64,000 bases of DNA, taken from assembly GCA_004022145.1 (NCBI GenBank), contig RCNU01000005.1. One strand, given 5' to 3'. Numbering within the stretch: position 1 is the stretch's first letter; each line of letters begins with the position of its first letter. Below are positions 24,105-38,500 of this stretch, piece after piece. This stretch comes from Paecilomyces variotii (taxonomy: Eukaryota). The notes beneath the pieces are model-generated. The model saw only the letters and a list, made by a program, of their open reading frames with translations, was not told the origin of the DNA and ran no database searches. The translations under genes and the position numbers were made by a program.

Positions 24105-26328
24105 TTAGGCCTTCTTCTCACCCTCAGCGGACTCGCCGGGCTGAGACTGCTGCTGGCCTTCCTCAGCACGAGCCTTGTGCATCTTGTCAAAGAGGCTCAG
24201 ACTGGCGTTCTGGAGCTCATCAGTCTTCTGCTTGAGCTCCTCAGCGGTAGCGGTGCCCTCGCCAGACTGGCTCTTGGCAACGAATTCACGGAGAGAGGCA
24301 ATGCGCTCGCGGATCTGGTCGGCCTCGGCCTTGTCCAGACGGTCCTCGAACTCCTTGAGGGCCTTCTCGGTGTCGTTCAGGACGCTGTCTGCGCGGTTGG
24401 CAGCCTCAATGGCAGCCTTGCGCTCCTTGTCCTCAGCACCGTACTTCTCAGCATCCTCAACCATAGACTGGATCTCGGCATCTGAGAGACCGGAGCCGGA
24501 GGCGATGGTGATGGACTGGTCCTTGTTGGTGGACTTGTCCTTAGCGTGGACGTGGACGATAGAGTCGGCGTCAATGTCGAAGGTGACCTCAATCTGGGGA
24601 ACACCACGGTGGGCCGGAGGGATACCAACAAGCTGGAAGTTTCCAAGCAGCTTGTTGTCGCGGACAAGCTCACGCTCACCCTGGTAGACCTTGATCTCGA
24701 CAGCAGTCTGGAAGTCGGCCGCAGTAGAGAAGGTCTGGGACTTCTTAGTGGGGATGGTGGTGTTGCGGTTGATCAGGCGAGTGAAGACACCACCCAGGGT
24801 CTCGATACCGAGAGACAGGGGGGTGACATCCAGCAGCAGAACATCAGTGACCTCACCAGCAAGGACAGCACCCTGGATGGCGGCACCAATAGCAACAGCC
24901 TCGTCGGGGTTAACAGACTTGGCAGGGTCACGGCCAAAGATGCTCTTAACAGACTCGCTGACCTTGGGCATACGGGTCATACCACCAACCAAGATAACAT
25001 CCTGGATGTCCTTGGCCTGAAGGTTAGCGTCCTTCAGAGCCTTGCGGACGGGCTCGACGGTACGGCTGATCAGAGGCTCAACCAGAGCCTCGAGCTGAGC
25101 ACGGGTCATCTTAGAGTTGATGTGCTTAGCGCCGGAAGCATCGGCAGTGATGAAAGGAAGGTTGATCTCAGTCTGGAGAGAGGAAGAAAGCTCAATCTTG
25201 GCCTTCTCAGCGGCCTCACGGATACGCTGGATGGCCATGCGGTCGCCAGACAGATCGATGCCAGACTCCTTCTTGAACTGCTGAACGAGGTGACGGACAA
25301 GAGTGATATCGAAGTCCTCACCACCCAGGTGAGTGTCACCGTTGGTGGACTTGACCTCGAAGACACCCTTCTGGATCTCAAGGACGGAGATATCGAAGGT
25401 ACCACCACCAAGATCGTAGACAGCAATCACACGGTCATTCTCCTTCTCCAGACCATAGGCCAGAGCAGCAGCAGTGGGCTCGTTAACGACACGCAGGACG
25501 TTCAGACCGGCAATCTGACCGGCATCCTTGGTGGCCTGACGCTGGGAGTCGTTGAAGTAAGCAGGAACAGTGACAACACCGTTCTTGACAGGCTTGCTCA
25601 GGTAGTTCTCAGCAGTCTCCTTCATCTTCTGCAGAATGAAACCTCCAATCTGGGAGGGAGAGTACTTCTGGCCGCGAGCCTCAACCCAGGCGTCACCGTT
25701 GGTGTGCTGAACAATCTTGTAAGGGACCTCCTTCAGATCACGCTGAACCTCAGGGTCGGTGAACTTGCGTCCGATCAGACGCTTCGTAGCGAAGAGAGTG
25801 TTTTCAGGGTTGACGACGGCCTGGCGCTTGGCGGCAATACCAACCAGTCTCTCACCATCCTGAGCGAAGGCGACAACAGAGGGAGTTGTTCGTGCACCTG
25901 TTTTTAGAGTCTTAGCAAGATGAACGTCTGCCAGGGCCTGACGCAGAATGCCCATGTGCTCGGGCTCTGGCGGTGAAGAGATTTACACGTACCTTCAGCG
26001 TTCTCAATGATCTTCGGGCTCTTTCCCTCCATAACAGCGACGGCAGAGTTGGTGGTTCCTGAATAATAGACCGTTAGAACACGGACCGATCATCAACAAC
26101 GCGACTAGATTTTACATACCCAGATCAATACCAATGACGTGGCCCTTCACCTTCTCTCCCTCCGTCGAGTTCCATCTCCGGAAAGCAGCACCGGGAACTC
26201 TGAGGGTAGAAGGACGAGCGAAAGAAGCAGTGCGCGGGAGCTATAAACATCATTGTCAGCTCAAAGCTTCATACTGAAAAGCTTTTTCTGGGGGAGCTTA
26301 CCGCGCGGGAGATGTGGGAAGAGAGCAT
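24105..26328 (-). CDS. SSC1: Mitochondrial Hsp70 chaperone (mtHsp70)
   Basis: Arg/Ser-rich presequence [26 protein letters not shown], then [48 protein letters not shown]; no C-terminal EEVD or HDEL; three 5' introns between about 26301 and 25900. Confidence 0.97.
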
Positions 26329-26915
26329 TGTGTTGGAATTAAAAGACTATTAAAGAAACAAACGAAGCTCCAACCGTACGCAGTAGAAAGGAGAGGGAGG
26401 TGAATAGGGAGGAAAGGAGATGGATGATGGGAGTGGATGGGTGGTTGATGGTTGTAAAAGAAGTAGGAAAGGGAGAAAGGAAGACGATGACTTCAAATCA
26501 AAATTTCGTCCCTTAGCGCTTCTTCGGGCCGACGGTCGAAATCGGTGGAAGGTGAGCTTGGAGTCTCTATGGAACACCGTAGAATGCTTCGCGCGCGCCT
26601 TTTTGGTACAAAACGGTATTCCCCGGTATTCGCCTCCGGCAAGTCGGCTCGCTAGCCCGGCGTATCGGCGTATCGATCCTGTTAATACATGATACGTCGC
26701 CCCCAGCGCTTCCGTCATGGGCTGCTCACTCGGACTCCAAGGTCGCCTTTGAGTCTGCCGTAGCTGGTTAGCTAAGTGTAGCAGCCAGCATATCTCTTGC
26801 ATTCAACTCCCCTATATTATTACCTACTAATTGTACATTATCACCTGCCGCGACCTGTAAATGAAGTATAGCATTTCTAAGAATGTTGCATTTGCGTTAA
26901 ATCGCGCTCTCAACG

Positions 26916-29478
26916 ATGACATTTGATTCTGCCCTGCTGTATGTCGTTCTCCCGGAGATCTGTCAAGCTCTGGATATTTGCAAGACAGCTGACACTTTTC
27001 CGCCACTACCTTTAGCTATCGCTCAACTGAATCCCTGATCCTCCCATCTAAGCGACGCTTCTTCCCGTTCAAAATCCCGAACTTGTCAGTGTGCCAAATC
27101 TCTCTCCCATGACCGCCCATAGTGTTGACGCAGTATGGTTGAATGTGTAGTCACCAGCAACTTCGCCACTATATCAGTACCAGCGATCCAGACAGGATCT
27201 ACGTTGTCGTCGACCGGGTCGTATATGCCATTCATATATCCTCCCAGAAACGTGAAGGCTTAGCGGTCATCCCTTTCGAACCCAAGTGTCTTGCGGCGGG
27301 ATGCGGTTGGATTGCAGTCGGCGGTTCTGATAATGGAGAATGCGCATTCATCAAGCTTGACAGCAACCATGGACGTGCGGCCGGTGCTAGATCCAGCTCT
27401 CAAAGATCTGACGTGGATAGTGCGTTGCCAATCGACCTAGAACAACGGGCCTCAAGGCTGGGTTCACGAGTCCCGTCTCCTTGGTCTGGCAACGACGAAG
27501 GCGAGACCGGAAGGACATCATCCCGTCTTCAATTGCCGGAGGTGCAGCTTCACAAATTTGGCGGCAGTATAGTCAACTCTGTAACTATTCATCGGTTGCC
27601 TGGTGGTGAGGGTCTAGCAGATGAGGATGTCGTCGTTGTTAGGTATGGTATCTGGGTCTCCGGTGCTTAGCAACTGCGCCACTAACTTGGTATAAAGCAA
27701 CAATGACAGGACCGTCACCATATATTCGTTGACCCGTTCGAAGACCCTCGAGGTCATCCACCATCCGGCCTGCATGAATTTTGCAACTATCTCCCCAGAT
27801 TGCAAAGTCCTCGCGGCAGTAGGCGACGAGAACCATGCGTACTTCTACGAAATCAGCCGCGATATGGAGAACCCTGTCATTTTCTCTGATAATGTACTCA
27901 CGGAATGGAGTTGGACATTGCTCCGTTGCCTAGAACTTCAAATAAGCACACGCTTCGACGATGGATGTTGTTTTACTATCGCATTCTCCCCGTCGAGCCA
28001 TCTTTGTGCGGTCGGCTCTCAGTCTGGGATCATTAGCATATTTGATGTCAGGGCAATCCGTGAGTCCAAAGATGAGAAACAGGATGTGGACCCAACACTC
28101 TGTCTCTTTCGGTCGTCTAGATCGTATTTTGATGGTGGTGCGGTCCGATGTATGACTTTCTCGCCAGCGCCATGGGATCTCCTTGTCTGGGTGGAGGACC
28201 AAGGCAGGGCGGGTGTCGCGGACGTTCGGCAGGCATTTTCCCGCAGGCAGATACTAACATTGGACGCGAACGAGCCTGGATTGCAGCAGGTTCAAACTGA
28301 AAATATCTCGCCTGCTACAGCTTCGGGGGAGCTAAGTTCCGACCCTGACAGTAGTGATACCCCAAGGCCAGGCGATGAAATGGATAACATGCAACGTGCG
28401 ATGTTGGACCTTATAGAAGGATCAAGCGGCGAACGTCACACGGCAGGTTCAGATCGCCAGGCGTTGCGTGAAAATCTCATTGAAGACCTAACAGAGAGGG
28501 AACGACAGATCATAGAGTTCCTCAATACAGCACGCTGGTCATCCAGACTAGAAGAAAATCTGGGTGAGCGACCACTGAGGATGACCCTCCATCCTCGGTC
28601 AAGATCGAGACCGGGAGGCCACGGTTCCACAGATGTCGCTAACCGTTCCACATCACCGTTGCGGTATAGCGATACGCTTCAAGAATTTTTCCGCGAAAGT
28701 TATCTAGGACGCTCAGACAATAGTCTGCAACCCAGGCGTCAGGGTTCTGTTGTTCTGTCCCAAGGCAATGCGGCACAGGTTGCCCATAGCTCTGATGCTA
28801 CTACTTCAAGCGCAGAGGTACAGCCCACAATCACTTTGAGCTGGACAGCTTCACCTTCTGAGATCCAAGCCTCCCCGGCGGATGCGGCTCGCGGTCCCCA
28901 GCCAACGTCGCTTACAGCAGACAGTGCTGCTGGAACCACCAATAATACCAGGGGAGACAGCCAGGCGCACACTACTTCCAGGTCTGGGTTATTAACTGAT
29001 CCGCGCGAGAGATCACAGAGATCCAGCTCAATACCGCGGCGATCGGAACGATTGGATACATCTGTGGAGAACAGGTTCGAGCCGTCCAGATTGCTAACAG
29101 CAGAGTTACGGGCAAATGTAGCTGCTGAACGTCTTCGAAGGCAGCGTCAGGTTCCTGGGGAGTCAAGTTCGAGAGCTGGCCATTGGGATCAGAGATATCG
29201 CCAGCAGTTTATGGGGTTAGATAACTCCAGGTCTCCAAGGTGGATAAGGCATATTCTTAATGATCTTCCCGATCGTAACCCGAGCAACCAAGAGCCGGGT
29301 GGTACAGCTGGTGTCGGATGGGGAGCCGATGGGAGAACACTGTAGGTGATCCTATGGCATGAAATAGAATGCATTGGCTGACCATTTCTACAGATATGTT
29401 GCAACCGTGGAAGGGATTTTTGAGTATCAACTCAACGTCCATGACCGGAAAACTTTCCCGGTCTTTTCCTATCGTTGA
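26916..29478 (+). CDS. WD40-like beta-propeller protein with DUF2415-type motif and long disordered C-terminal region
   Basis: ATG 26916; exons give KIPNFHQQLRHYIS, GGSIVNSVTIH, SNNDRTVTIYS, MNFATISPD, GAVRCMTFSPAPWDLLVWVEDQGRAGVADVRQAF, GVGWGADGRTLYVATVEGIFEY; four GT-AG introns; TGA 29476-29478. Confidence 0.8.
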
Positions 29479-30551
29479 GTCCGGCTCCATTTTCTCTACG
29501 GTGTTCGTATTCTTAATCATCTTTGTGGCACGGTGTTAAGCGTCTGATGATCATGGGATGGTTCTGCATATTAGCTTTCACATTGTCGGGTCATGCATAC
29601 TGCACTTGGGACATTTCGGGCCTTTCTATTTCCCCGGCGTACGGGCCTTCCAATTACCTAGTTGATTTGATCTCTTCTTGTTCAATGCGTTCCATCTTTA
29701 GAATGCCCCTATACCTCGTCTTGACTTTACATTGTCCCCCTGACGAACATCATATGTACTTTGCATGGCGTCACGGCTATTTCAATCGCTATACTGGTGA
29801 CATTCCACTTGTTCTTACTTTGCGCTACGCAATTGCAGCCGCATTTACTTGACCAAAACATGTATACCGTCGTGAAGTAATTTTAATGCGCGTTGTCTAC
29901 CATCGCGGTAGTTACGAAGCTCGGTTGGAAGTCTGAATGGCACCGAGCTAGTAGTTCGATGATTGGTGTAACTAGATGGTGATGATTAGGGGCTGCGGCA
30001 TGAGAAGGAATCATAAAATCCCATCCATCGAAAATATATGTGGAGGACATGGCTTGTCTCCGACTTCATTTAGATAAGCCAAGATCTCCGTAACCAACTA
30101 CATATGTTGTACGCTAGTCGAATAATATGCCTCATGCCTTGGCAGCTCTGGTTCCACACAACGTCAGTGGGGTTTGCGCGGTGTCCGTAGAACATACTGC
30201 CACCTCACGCCGCCTATATCTTTCAATTCACGTGCGACTTAGTCACTAGGTAATTGCCATTCATCATATTTGTCCATTTTCTCCATCTGGATAACTACAT
30301 AGTTAGTCTTCTTCCTAGAGCGAACTGACTGGGCCTTGCTCATTCTACGCAGGCTGCTCCAGTAGGTAGTGCCTGGCTCTTCGTTTCCCTACCGTGGCGC
30401 TCTGCAGGATCATCACGACGCAACTACCACCTTGAGCACAGAGCGTCGCAGGAAGATCATACCTTCCTTGGATGAGCCTGGATACAGTTGTGTATTTACG
30501 TGCCAAGGATAACAGTTTCTGAATGGCTTCGGGAGTTGAACAATTGCAAAC

Positions 30552-33500
30552 ATGACACTGGGCGCGCTAACTTCCAGTTTGGAACGGCTTCGGCTCCAGG
30601 CTGAGAACCTCGATTCTACGGTCATTGATGATCTGATTGAACAGGAAAACGAAGCAGTAGATGGCGTGCGCTCTCGTAAGCGGGCTCGTCAGAGTGCAGA
30701 TGACTTGAAGGCTGAGTTGGAGAACGAATTCTTGACACCCTCGCCAAGATTCAGTCCAGAATGGCTGAATCGACTACAAAAGTAAGTCAATATTTCCTTT
30801 CCCATCCAATCGCTATTCTATGCAGTTTTCTGTCCAACGTATCTATACGGGACTATGATGTTCCTGGAAGATTTGATAGAACTATCCAGGTCACTTTATG
30901 CAGCTATGCAGCGCCTTTTGACTGTTGTAGAGGTCAACATTCGCTAACTGTCCTTTGCAGGAGATGGGATGTCTCGACAGACTATACAGACCTTTTCGAG
31001 ATTGCTCCCACGCAGACTCGTACGATCATTCGCTTCACTCGTGAGGGGCTGGAAGGACGTGTGACGGGCTACCGCGAAGTAACAGTGCCTGCTGCCAGTG
31101 CAACGGCCAAGAACTCGACGTCACTGCTTCGCCGGCCTGCTAACCGCTCTGACTTTGTCAGGGGTGCTGCAGGATTCTTTCCATTTGCGCCTGGCGGTCT
31201 GGATGGCGTGGAGGCTATTGCGGAAATGGAAGCTGACTCTCAACTGTCAGGAGATCGTCAGCGATCATCTGGCAAGAAGTCTGGCCTGGATCGCATTATC
31301 AACTTTGGTACCGAAGGCGGACTTCTTGAAATTCCGCCTGGGTTCTCGCGCGGGCTCAAATTCGAAAAGGCTAAGTCAAAGGAGGCTGAAGAGGATGACC
31401 GAGATGTCGAAGTTACCCTTGAACAAGAAGAGAGCGATCTCGCTCGTGACAAGGAGGAAAGTCCAGCGGAGGTCGACAGAAAGCCAGAAGCGGAAGAGGA
31501 AGAAGCGGAATACAGCGAGGAAGAAGAAGATATTGATTCCCTTCTACCTGTGGAATTTCCCGCCCTGGAACCTCGTGGGCAGCTTCTCCCTGGGACAATT
31601 AAGAAAGGAGGTAGGGAATGGGCTCACGTTGTTGATGTCAACAAGGATATTCCGAATTTCCATGAGCTTGTGCCAGATATGGCGAGAGAATGGCCGTTCG
31701 AACTGGATACGTTCCAGAAGGAAGCTGTCTACCACCTTGAAAGCGGCGACTCTGTGTTCGTTGCAGCACATACTTCGGCAGGAAAGACGGTCGTGGCAGA
31801 GTATGCTATAGCATTAGCAGCTAAGCATATGACGAAAGCCATCTACACTTCTCCCATCAAGGCGTTGAGCAACCAGAAGTTCAGAGACTTCAGGAATACG
31901 TTCGACGACGTGGGTATCCTTACGGGAGATGTTCAGATATCTCCTGAAGCAAGCTGTCTCATTATGACAACGGAGATTCTCAGAAGTATGTTGTACAGGG
32001 GAGCTGATCTCATCAGAGACGTCGAATTCGTCATCTTTGACGAAGTTCACTACGTCAATGACCTGGAGAGAGGTGTCGTCTGGGAAGAGGTGATTATCAT
32101 GCTTCCAGAGCACGTCACCTTGATTCTGCTTTCCGCTACAGTTCCAAACACTTATGAGTTTGCATCTTGGGTCGGTCGGACGAAGAAGAAAGACATATAC
32201 GTTATCTCAACGCCGAAACGTCCAGTGCCCCTCGAGCACTATCTGTGGGCCGGCAAGGGCATGCATAAAATTGTCGACTCCAACAAGCGGTTCCTTGAAC
32301 AAGGTTGGAAAGAAGCAGATAATATTTTGTCTGGAAGAGATAAAATCAAGGCACAGAAAGCAGCTGAAGCACAGGCCCAATCCCAGGCGAGCCAAAGAGG
32401 TGGTCAGCAGGGGAGAGGACGAGGACAAGCCCCTCGAGGCAACGGACAGCGCGGCGCAGCTCAGCGTGGTGGTCCCCAGCAAAGAGGTAGAGGACAGCCT
32501 TCGAGTCGAGGAAGCGGAAATATTGCACGGACAGGACGTGGAAGTGGGAGAACTACTGCTGCCCAGGACCGAAACCTGTGGGTTCACTTAGTGCAACACT
32601 TGCGAAAGGAGAACCTACTGCCAGCATGTATATTCGTTTTCTCCAAGAAGAGGTGTGAGGAGAACGCGGACTCATTGTCCAATCAGGACTTCTGTACCGC
32701 CTCGGAAAAGAGCGCTATACACATGGTCATCGAAAAGTCACTTACCCGTCTGAAGGCGGAAGACAGGCAGCTTCCTCAAATTCTCCGCCTTCGGGAACTC
32801 CTTAGCAGGGGCGTTGCTGTCCATCACGGAGGTCTTCTGCCAATTATGAAGGAGATTGTTGAGATACTTTTCGCAAGGACACTGGTCAAGGTCTTGTTTG
32901 CAACAGAAACCTTCGCAATGGGTCTGAATCTTCCAACCAGGACCGTTGTCTTCTCTGGCTTCCGCAAGCATGATGGTAAAGCTTTCAGAGACCTGCTTCC
33001 TGGAGAGTATACACAGATGGCCGGTAGGGCTGGAAGAAGAGGTCTCGATACCGTTGGCTATGTTATCATCGTCGCTGCAGGTAGAGATGAGGCTCCCCCG
33101 GCTGGTACCCTTAGGAAAATGATTCTAGGAGACCCGACCAAGCTGCGATCACAGTTCAGATTGACTTACAACATGATTCTGAACCTTCTTCGCGTGGAAG
33201 CTCTCAAGATCGAGGAGATGATCAAGCGGAGTTTCAGTGAGAATGCCACACAGGCCCTTTTACCAGAACACGAGAAGCAAGTTCAGCTGTCCGAAGCAAG
33301 TCTGGCTAAGATAAAGCGAGAGCCTTGCAGCATATGTGATGTGGACCTGGCAGAATGTCACCAAGCAGCTATGGAGTACGAGAAACTGACTTCTGAGCTC
33401 CATGTTGGATTGATCGCATCGCCAGTGGGAAGGCGCCTATTCATGCCAAAACGGCTTGTGGTGTATCGAAAGGTATGACCCATTGCACTATAGCCCTTTT

Positions 33501-34829
33501 CATTGCTAATCATCTGCAGGATGGGATCCGCACCGCGGGAATCATTGTCCGGGAAGGAGTGTCGACAGCAGGACCGGTTCCCAATATACAAGTTCTGGAG
33601 ATTGGCACGCTAAGCGCGAAACGAGATCCCAGCGATATCCTTCCCTTCCTACCTACTTTCCGGCATCTATTCAGATCTTTGCCCACGCGTTCTGCAGATA
33701 TGACACTGAAGGTAGTCAGGATACCTCTTACTGATTTGGAGTGTGTCACCAACACCATGGTTAAGATCGGTGGTCCAATGTGGTATCTGAACATTAAGAA
33801 AGGTAATTGGAAGCATCATTGCAGTTACCCTATTTATATTAACTGGTTCCATAGAAGCCGTCAAGTTTGGTGATAAGGTCTTGTCTGGGTTATGTTCCAC
33901 GTGGACTAGCGAGACCTGGGATGAACTAGATTGGGGCCGTGTCAAGGAATTACAAGTCAGGGATATACTCGAGAAACGTCAAGCTCAGGCAGCCATCGCC
34001 CAGTCGTGTCAGTGCCTGGGCTGTCCCAATTTCTTGAAACATGTAAGTGCTACATTTCATTGGCCAGGTATATGGCTTGCTAATGCTCTATAGTTCGAAA
34101 TGCAACACGACGAATGGCAGGTCAAGGAAAATATCTCGCAGCTTAAGCAACTAATGTCGGACCAGAACCTTCAGCTCCTGCCTGATTACCAGCAGCGCAT
34201 CCAGGTTTTGAAAGACCTGGGATTCATAGATGAGGAGTGTAGGGTCCAGTTGAAGGGCAAAGTTGCCTGTGAGGTAAGCTTTTTATCATCACGGATCCTC
34301 CTTTTTACGGCTTCTAACTTCTCACCAGATTCATTCGGCCGATGAGCTCGTGCTGACGGAGCTTATTCTCGAAAACGTGCTTGCGGAATATGAGCCTGAA
34401 GAGATCGTGGCCTTACTGTCAGCTTTCGTGTTCCAGGAGAAGACGGAGCACGTGCCCACATTAACTCCCCGGCTCGAACGCGGCAAAGAGGCTATCATCA
34501 GGATATCCGACAAGGTCAACGACTATCAAATCCAGCATCAGGTCATCCTCTCGAGCGAGGATAGCAACGATTTCGCCAGCAAGCCGCGCTTTAGCCTTGT
34601 GGAGGTAGTGTATGAATGGGCCAAGGGTATGTCATTCAACCGCATTACGGACTTGACGGATGTGATGGAAGGCACCATTGTTCGGGTGATCACTCGTCTG
34701 GATGAAACCTGTCGAGAAGTGAAGAGTGCTGCCAAGCTAGTGGGCGATCCATCCCTCTACGCCAAGATGCAGCAGGCGCAGGAAATGATCAAGAGAGATG
34801 TGATTTTCGCCGCGTCTCTGTATATGTAG
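30552..34829 (+). CDS. SKI2: Ski2 DExH-box RNA helicase (SKI complex, cytoplasmic exosome cofactor)
   Basis: [48 protein letters not shown]-rich insert, Ski2 N-terminal [10 protein letters not shown]-terminal [13 protein letters not shown]; five introns (first 30782-30960). Confidence 0.96.
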
Positions 34830-35595
34830 CGACCGCATCAGACGCATTAACTTCGGATGATGATACTTCGACTTTCTCTAGAAAGCAGGCCCATCAAGTA
34901 GTCTAGTTAGTGGTAGTTATCCTCGAACTGTTATGATTGATTATAAATAGCACGGGCCATTCTGGGTTACTGATAACGAGGGGTATCTCGTCGCTCGTAA
35001 TGAAGACATTACCCAAGCAAATAGTCTATTATTTCGTCTGACTATAGCAGCCTGCTCTGAAGACCCGGGATCCAGGATCGTGGGCAGGCACCAGAACCCA
35101 TTGACGGCTGGGTTGGGTTGATAACCCCTGATGACGAAGACCGAATGAACGGGGCAACCCTTTTGGTTCCTGCCCTTTTGCAACAGCCTGGCTGATGCAG
35201 GAAACAGCAGAATGTCCAACTCACATCCTCTTGGCGATAGAAACACAGAAGCAACACGAATTATCTTGTTGTTATGGCTCATTTTTCCTGCAGCAAAAAC
35301 CCAGATATGGCCCGTGAGCCGTGGGATGGCCGTTGGCGGCTCTCGGAGTTAGTTAGCGTATAGGGGATGCCTTACGGAGAAGGCGTGGGGCGAAAAGCAT
35401 AAAAATCCACGAGAAAACAAAATCGTCTGTGCACAGTCACAATAATCACGAACTGCCCGCCGCACATCCATCACCAAACAGCCTTCTGTGTGAACAGGTT
35501 GCCTCCACCTTACGGCTTGGGTTCGTCGGGTATAAAACTGGGACGTTTGATCTGAAGTTCGAATTCCGGCGCTGGGGGCCGTAAGCAGGTGCGAG

Positions 35596-38500
35596 ATGGA
35601 TGTTGCAGCTCTCCGAGACCGCATACAGGCTACGCTCGATAGCAATGCGGATACTCGACGACAAGCAGAGATAGACTTGAAATATGTGCGTTTCGCAACC
35701 AGCCCACCGTCCGATATGATGTATACTCATCTCTATGCTTGGAACTTTTTAGGCAGAGAACCAACCCGGTTTCGCAAATGCGCTCCTGGATATTCTGCAG
35801 GCCGAACAGGTTAATGCTGTTCAACTATCAGGTATGACCCCACCATGGCCATAATACCTTTTTTTTTCGCCCTTCTTCTTGCGTCTGTGCAGCCTCAGAA
35901 ATCGAACAACTGCGCCTAACGATTGTGACAACGTATAGCCGGTGTTTATCTAAAGAACCGCGTTACTCGGGGTTGGGCGCCCGTGGAGGAAAATCCCCTC
36001 CGAAAACCCATCCCTGAAGATGAGCGACCAGCTTTTCGCGAACGTCTCATCGCGGTCCTCGCATCGTCGCCCCCCAACGTTCGCGCTCAGCTCGTTCCTA
36101 TCCTCCAGAAGGTTCTCCAATATGATTTCCCGGAGAAGTGGCCCGGGTTTTTGGAGATTACACTCCAACTGCTAGGCACGAATGATGCCAACTCGGTATT
36201 CGCGGGGTTGCAGTGTCTCCTTGCCATCTGCCGTGTATACAGGTTCAAGGCGGGAGATAACAGGGCGGACTTTGATAAGATCGTTGAGCACTCGTTCCCG
36301 CAGCTCCTCAACATCGGTACGAGGCTGGTTGACGAGGAAAACTTGGAGGCCGCGGAAATGCTCCGGATAGTGGTGAAGGCGTACAAGCATGCTATCTATG
36401 TGAGTTTGGACCAAGTGGAAGATCGTGAGAGCGCTGGTGTGCTGACGATATCTACTTTAGTTTGAGCTCCCACCGCATCTGAAATCTCATCAGGGCACGG
36501 TCGATTGGTGCACCCTGTTCCTGAGAATTATTGCCAAGACACCCCCGGCGAATGCAATGGGCGAGGACGTGGAGGCAAGAGAGCTCAACCACTGGTGGAA
36601 GTGCAAGAAGTGGTCCTACGCAAACCTCAACCGTCTCTTCATCAGGTCCGTAGACCCTATTCAGGTGCACACAAGATATTGCAGGCAGGATGACTGACGT
36701 GTTTTTAGATATGGAAACCCCACTACTATTACCAAGACAAGTGCCCCTGATTATACCCAATTCGCCAAGTCGTTCATCACTACGTTCGCCCCAGAGATCC
36801 TCAAGGGATACCTGCAAGAAATTGACAAGTGGGTGTCGAAGGGCCAGTGGCTGAGCAAGCCTGCTCTTTCCTACACCCTCATCTTCCTCGAGGAATGTGT
36901 CAAGCCGAAGGCGATGTGGGATCACCTGAAGCCGCACATGGAGAACTTGATTGCTCACCTTATCTTCCCCATTATGTGCCAGTCCGATGAAGATATCGAG
37001 CTCTTCCAGACCGACCCCCCAGAGTACCTCCACCGAAAGCTGAACTACTACGAAGAGGTTTCCTCTCCAGACGTTGCAGCGACGAACTTCTTGGTGGCGC
37101 TCACCAAGAGCCGAAAGAAGCAGACCTTCGCGATTCTTACATTCATCAATGGCATCGTTAGCAGATATGAATCCGCCCCGGATGACCAGAAGCAACCGCG
37201 AGAGAAGGAGGGCGCTCTGAGGATGATCGGTTCGCTCGCCTCCGTCATCCTTGGTAAGAAGAGTCCTATCGCGGAGCAAGTCGAATATTTCTTTGTGCGA
37301 CATGTTTTCCCCGAGTTCCGCAGTCCCCATGGGTTCCTCCGTGCCCGTGCGTGCGACACCCTTGAGAAATTTGAGCAGCTGGATTTCAAGGACCCGAACA
37401 ACCTCATGGTCATTTACAGAAATATCTTGGAGTGTATGACCGACCCCGAGCTCCCTGTCAGAGTCGAGGCCGCCCTTGCTCTCCAGCCTCTGATCCGACA
37501 CGACGTCATTCGAACTTCTATGCAGCAGAACATCCCCCAAATCATGCAGCAATTGCTCAAGCTTGCCAACGAAGTCGATGTTGATGCTTTGGCCAACGTC
37601 ATGGAGGACTTTGTAGAGGTCTTCTCGACTGAGCTCACACCGTTTGCCGTCGCACTCAGCGAGCAGTTGCGCGACACTTATATGCGCATTGTTGGAGAGC
37701 TGTTGGAGCGTAACGCCACCAAGGGCGATGAGGAAGGCTACGGTGAATTCCTGGATGACAAGAGCATTACCGCTCTCGGTGTCCTCCAGACCATCGGTAC
37801 TCTCATCCTGACTCTGGAGAGCACACCTGACGTGCTCTTGCATCTGGAGACCATCCTCATGCCAGTCATCACTATCACTCTTGAGAATAAGCTTTACGGT
37901 AAGTTTAATGTACTGCGAAGACTCCCATTGACCAGTATCTGACGATGTTTCTAGATTTGTACAATGAGATCTTTGAGATCATCGACAGTTGTACATTTGC
38001 CGCCAAGTCCATTTCTCCGACAATGTGGCAGGCGTTTGAGCTCATTCACAAGACATTCAAGGCGGGTGCTGAGTTATATTTGGAAGATATGCTACCGGCC
38101 CTTGACAACTTCGTCACCTATGGCGCAGAGAACCTGGTCCAGAACCCAGCTTATCTCGCTGCCATCGTCAGCATGGTGGAAGATATTTTCCACGACGACA
38201 AAGTGGGCGGTGTCGACAGAATATGCGGCTGCAAGCTTGCGGAGACCGTCATGCTCAACCTTCGCGGCTATGTTGACCAGTATATTCCTGTCTTCATCGA
38301 GCTTGCAATGAACGTTATCAACAACGGCGAGGCGAGGACTAAATCTTATAGGATCCACCTGATGGAGATGGTCATCAACGCTATTTATTACAACCCACTG
38401 CTTGCCATCCAAGTACTTGAGGCCAAGGGCTGGACGAACAAGTTCTTCAGCGCCTGGTTCTCCAACATCGACAACTTCAGAAGGGTTCACGATAAGAAGC

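Noticed and set aside
26560..26600. Heat-shock element in the SSC1/WD40 divergent promoter
   Set aside because: GAA/TTC spacing (GAATGCTTC) does not fit nGAAnnTTCn.
36452..37843. 463-aa antisense ORF over the importin gene; similar ones at 13926-14840, 41589-42296 and 60733-61506
   Set aside because: Shadow frames of codon-biased real genes with no protein motifs.
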